Assembly: GCA_963847185.1 (NCBI GenBank)
Contig: CAWJYV010000007.1
Coordinates: 128,001 to 192,000, forward strand
Length of the DNA: 64,000 nt
Direction: 5' to 3'
Source of the DNA: an uncultured Methanosarcinaceae archaeon
Lineage (GTDB): Archaea; Halobacteriota; Methanosarcinia; Methanosarcinales; Methanosarcinaceae
A program made the translations under genes and the position numbers. Of the stretch, positions 63,311 to 64,000 are shown in pieces; position 1 is the first letter of the stretch, and each line of letters opens with the position of its first letter. The notes below the pieces were generated by a model. The model ran no database searches, was not told the DNA's origin, and saw only the letters and a program-made list of their open reading frames with translations.

Positions 63311-63400
63311 GCGTAAAAACGTTAAGTGTAGGATTGCATATAGTAAAACGTTGAGTGTAAAAACATTGAGTGCAGGATTGCATATAATAAAACGTTGAGT
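63301..63400. repeat. 44-nt tandem duplication containing five AAAAC(G/A)TT(G/A)AG copies
   Basis: Units 63301-63344 and 63345-63388 plus a partial third unit. Confidence 0.85.
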
Positions 63401-63514
63401 ATGGTAAACTGTTGAATGAATAAAATTGAAAGAATAAACATCTAACAGGATCCTGAAGGTCTCTAAATATAAGAAATCGCTGAAAGAAACAGCTGATTTC
63501 AAGAGACCTTATTT

Positions 63515-64000
63515 TCAGGCCTCTTCAATCATTTTTTTAATGGTTTCAAGCACAAGAATTGCATCTTCTCTTTTTACGTCAACTTCATTTTTAGTGCAAA
63601 AATCTAACAGGTTTTTTCTCTGGTCTTCCGAGATAAGGCCTCTTTTATTTCCTTCTTTTGTAAGTCCGAGATAACTTCTATCCGGATAATACGTATTAAC
63701 TGCAAGTTGCAGAAGATCACTATGTTCTTTTTCGCTTATAATCCCGGCAGAGAAAGCGGCTTTCAGAGTTTCTCTCATGTTAACCAGGGGCACGGAAATA
63801 GGTTCGAAGGTGTCAGGATTTGTGCTTACGGCTACTTCATCATCTGACTCGATTATGCCATCCCTGTACCATTCGTAAACCTTTCCTACTCCTATCATCC
63901 CGTGGGTATCCAGCTCCGAAGCTCTGAGGGCTCCCATGCTGGCGCCCCCAATTACCTTTACTCCTGAATCCAGGGCAGACATAATCTCTCTGTGCCCGAC
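63515..64000 (-). CDS. tfuA: TfuA (YcaO partner for McrA thioamidation), 5' end outside the window
   Basis: VGHREI...GGASMGALRASEL...GMIGVGKVYEWY...DDEVAV and DVKREDA motifs. Confidence 0.88.
   Translation of the reverse strand, partial: VGHREIMSALDSGVKVIGGASMGALRASELDTHGMIGVGKVYEWYRDGIIESDDEVAVSTNPDTFEPISVPLVNMRETLKAAFSAGIISEKEHSDLLQLAVNTYYPDRSYLGLTKEGNKRGLISEDQRKNLLDFCTKNEVDVKREDAILVLETIKKMIEEA

Overview
A 64-kb chromosomal window from a Methanosarcina-like methanogenic archaeon, inferred from the complete pyrrolysine cassette pylT-pylS-pylB-pylC-pylD plus ramA, mtbA, mtmCB (in-frame UAG in mtmB) and tfuA. Most of it is core genome: glyS, satP, surE, moaA, cbiA, priL-pcn, tfs, artA-psd-pssA-mptD, hisC-argD, purM, lysC, apgM, hsp20, cofE, secF-secD, rfcS and two USPs. 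Accessory parts are an MNT-HEPN toxin-antitoxin pair, a pilin-PA14 fusion, a secreted Ser/Thr/Gly/Cys repeat protein, three tandem RHH-domain paralogues and a flavoprotein/amine-oxidase/methyltransferase cassette. Several genes carry 1-2 nt indels (HEPN, repeat protein, dCMP deaminase, secD, mtmB), probably assembly errors. The most interesting unexplained signals are: (i) amber-containing upstream ORFs in front of pylB and mtmC, together with a UAG stop on pylB abutting an apparent CUG start of pylC, suggesting possible pyrrolysine-sensing translational control; (ii) a 60-nt-period array of three structure-conserved but sequence-divergent RNA hairpins ahead of a 59-aa ORF; (iii) a candidate multi-hairpin sRNA with a C-rich loop next to mtmB. 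All calls were made by eye; no database searches were run.
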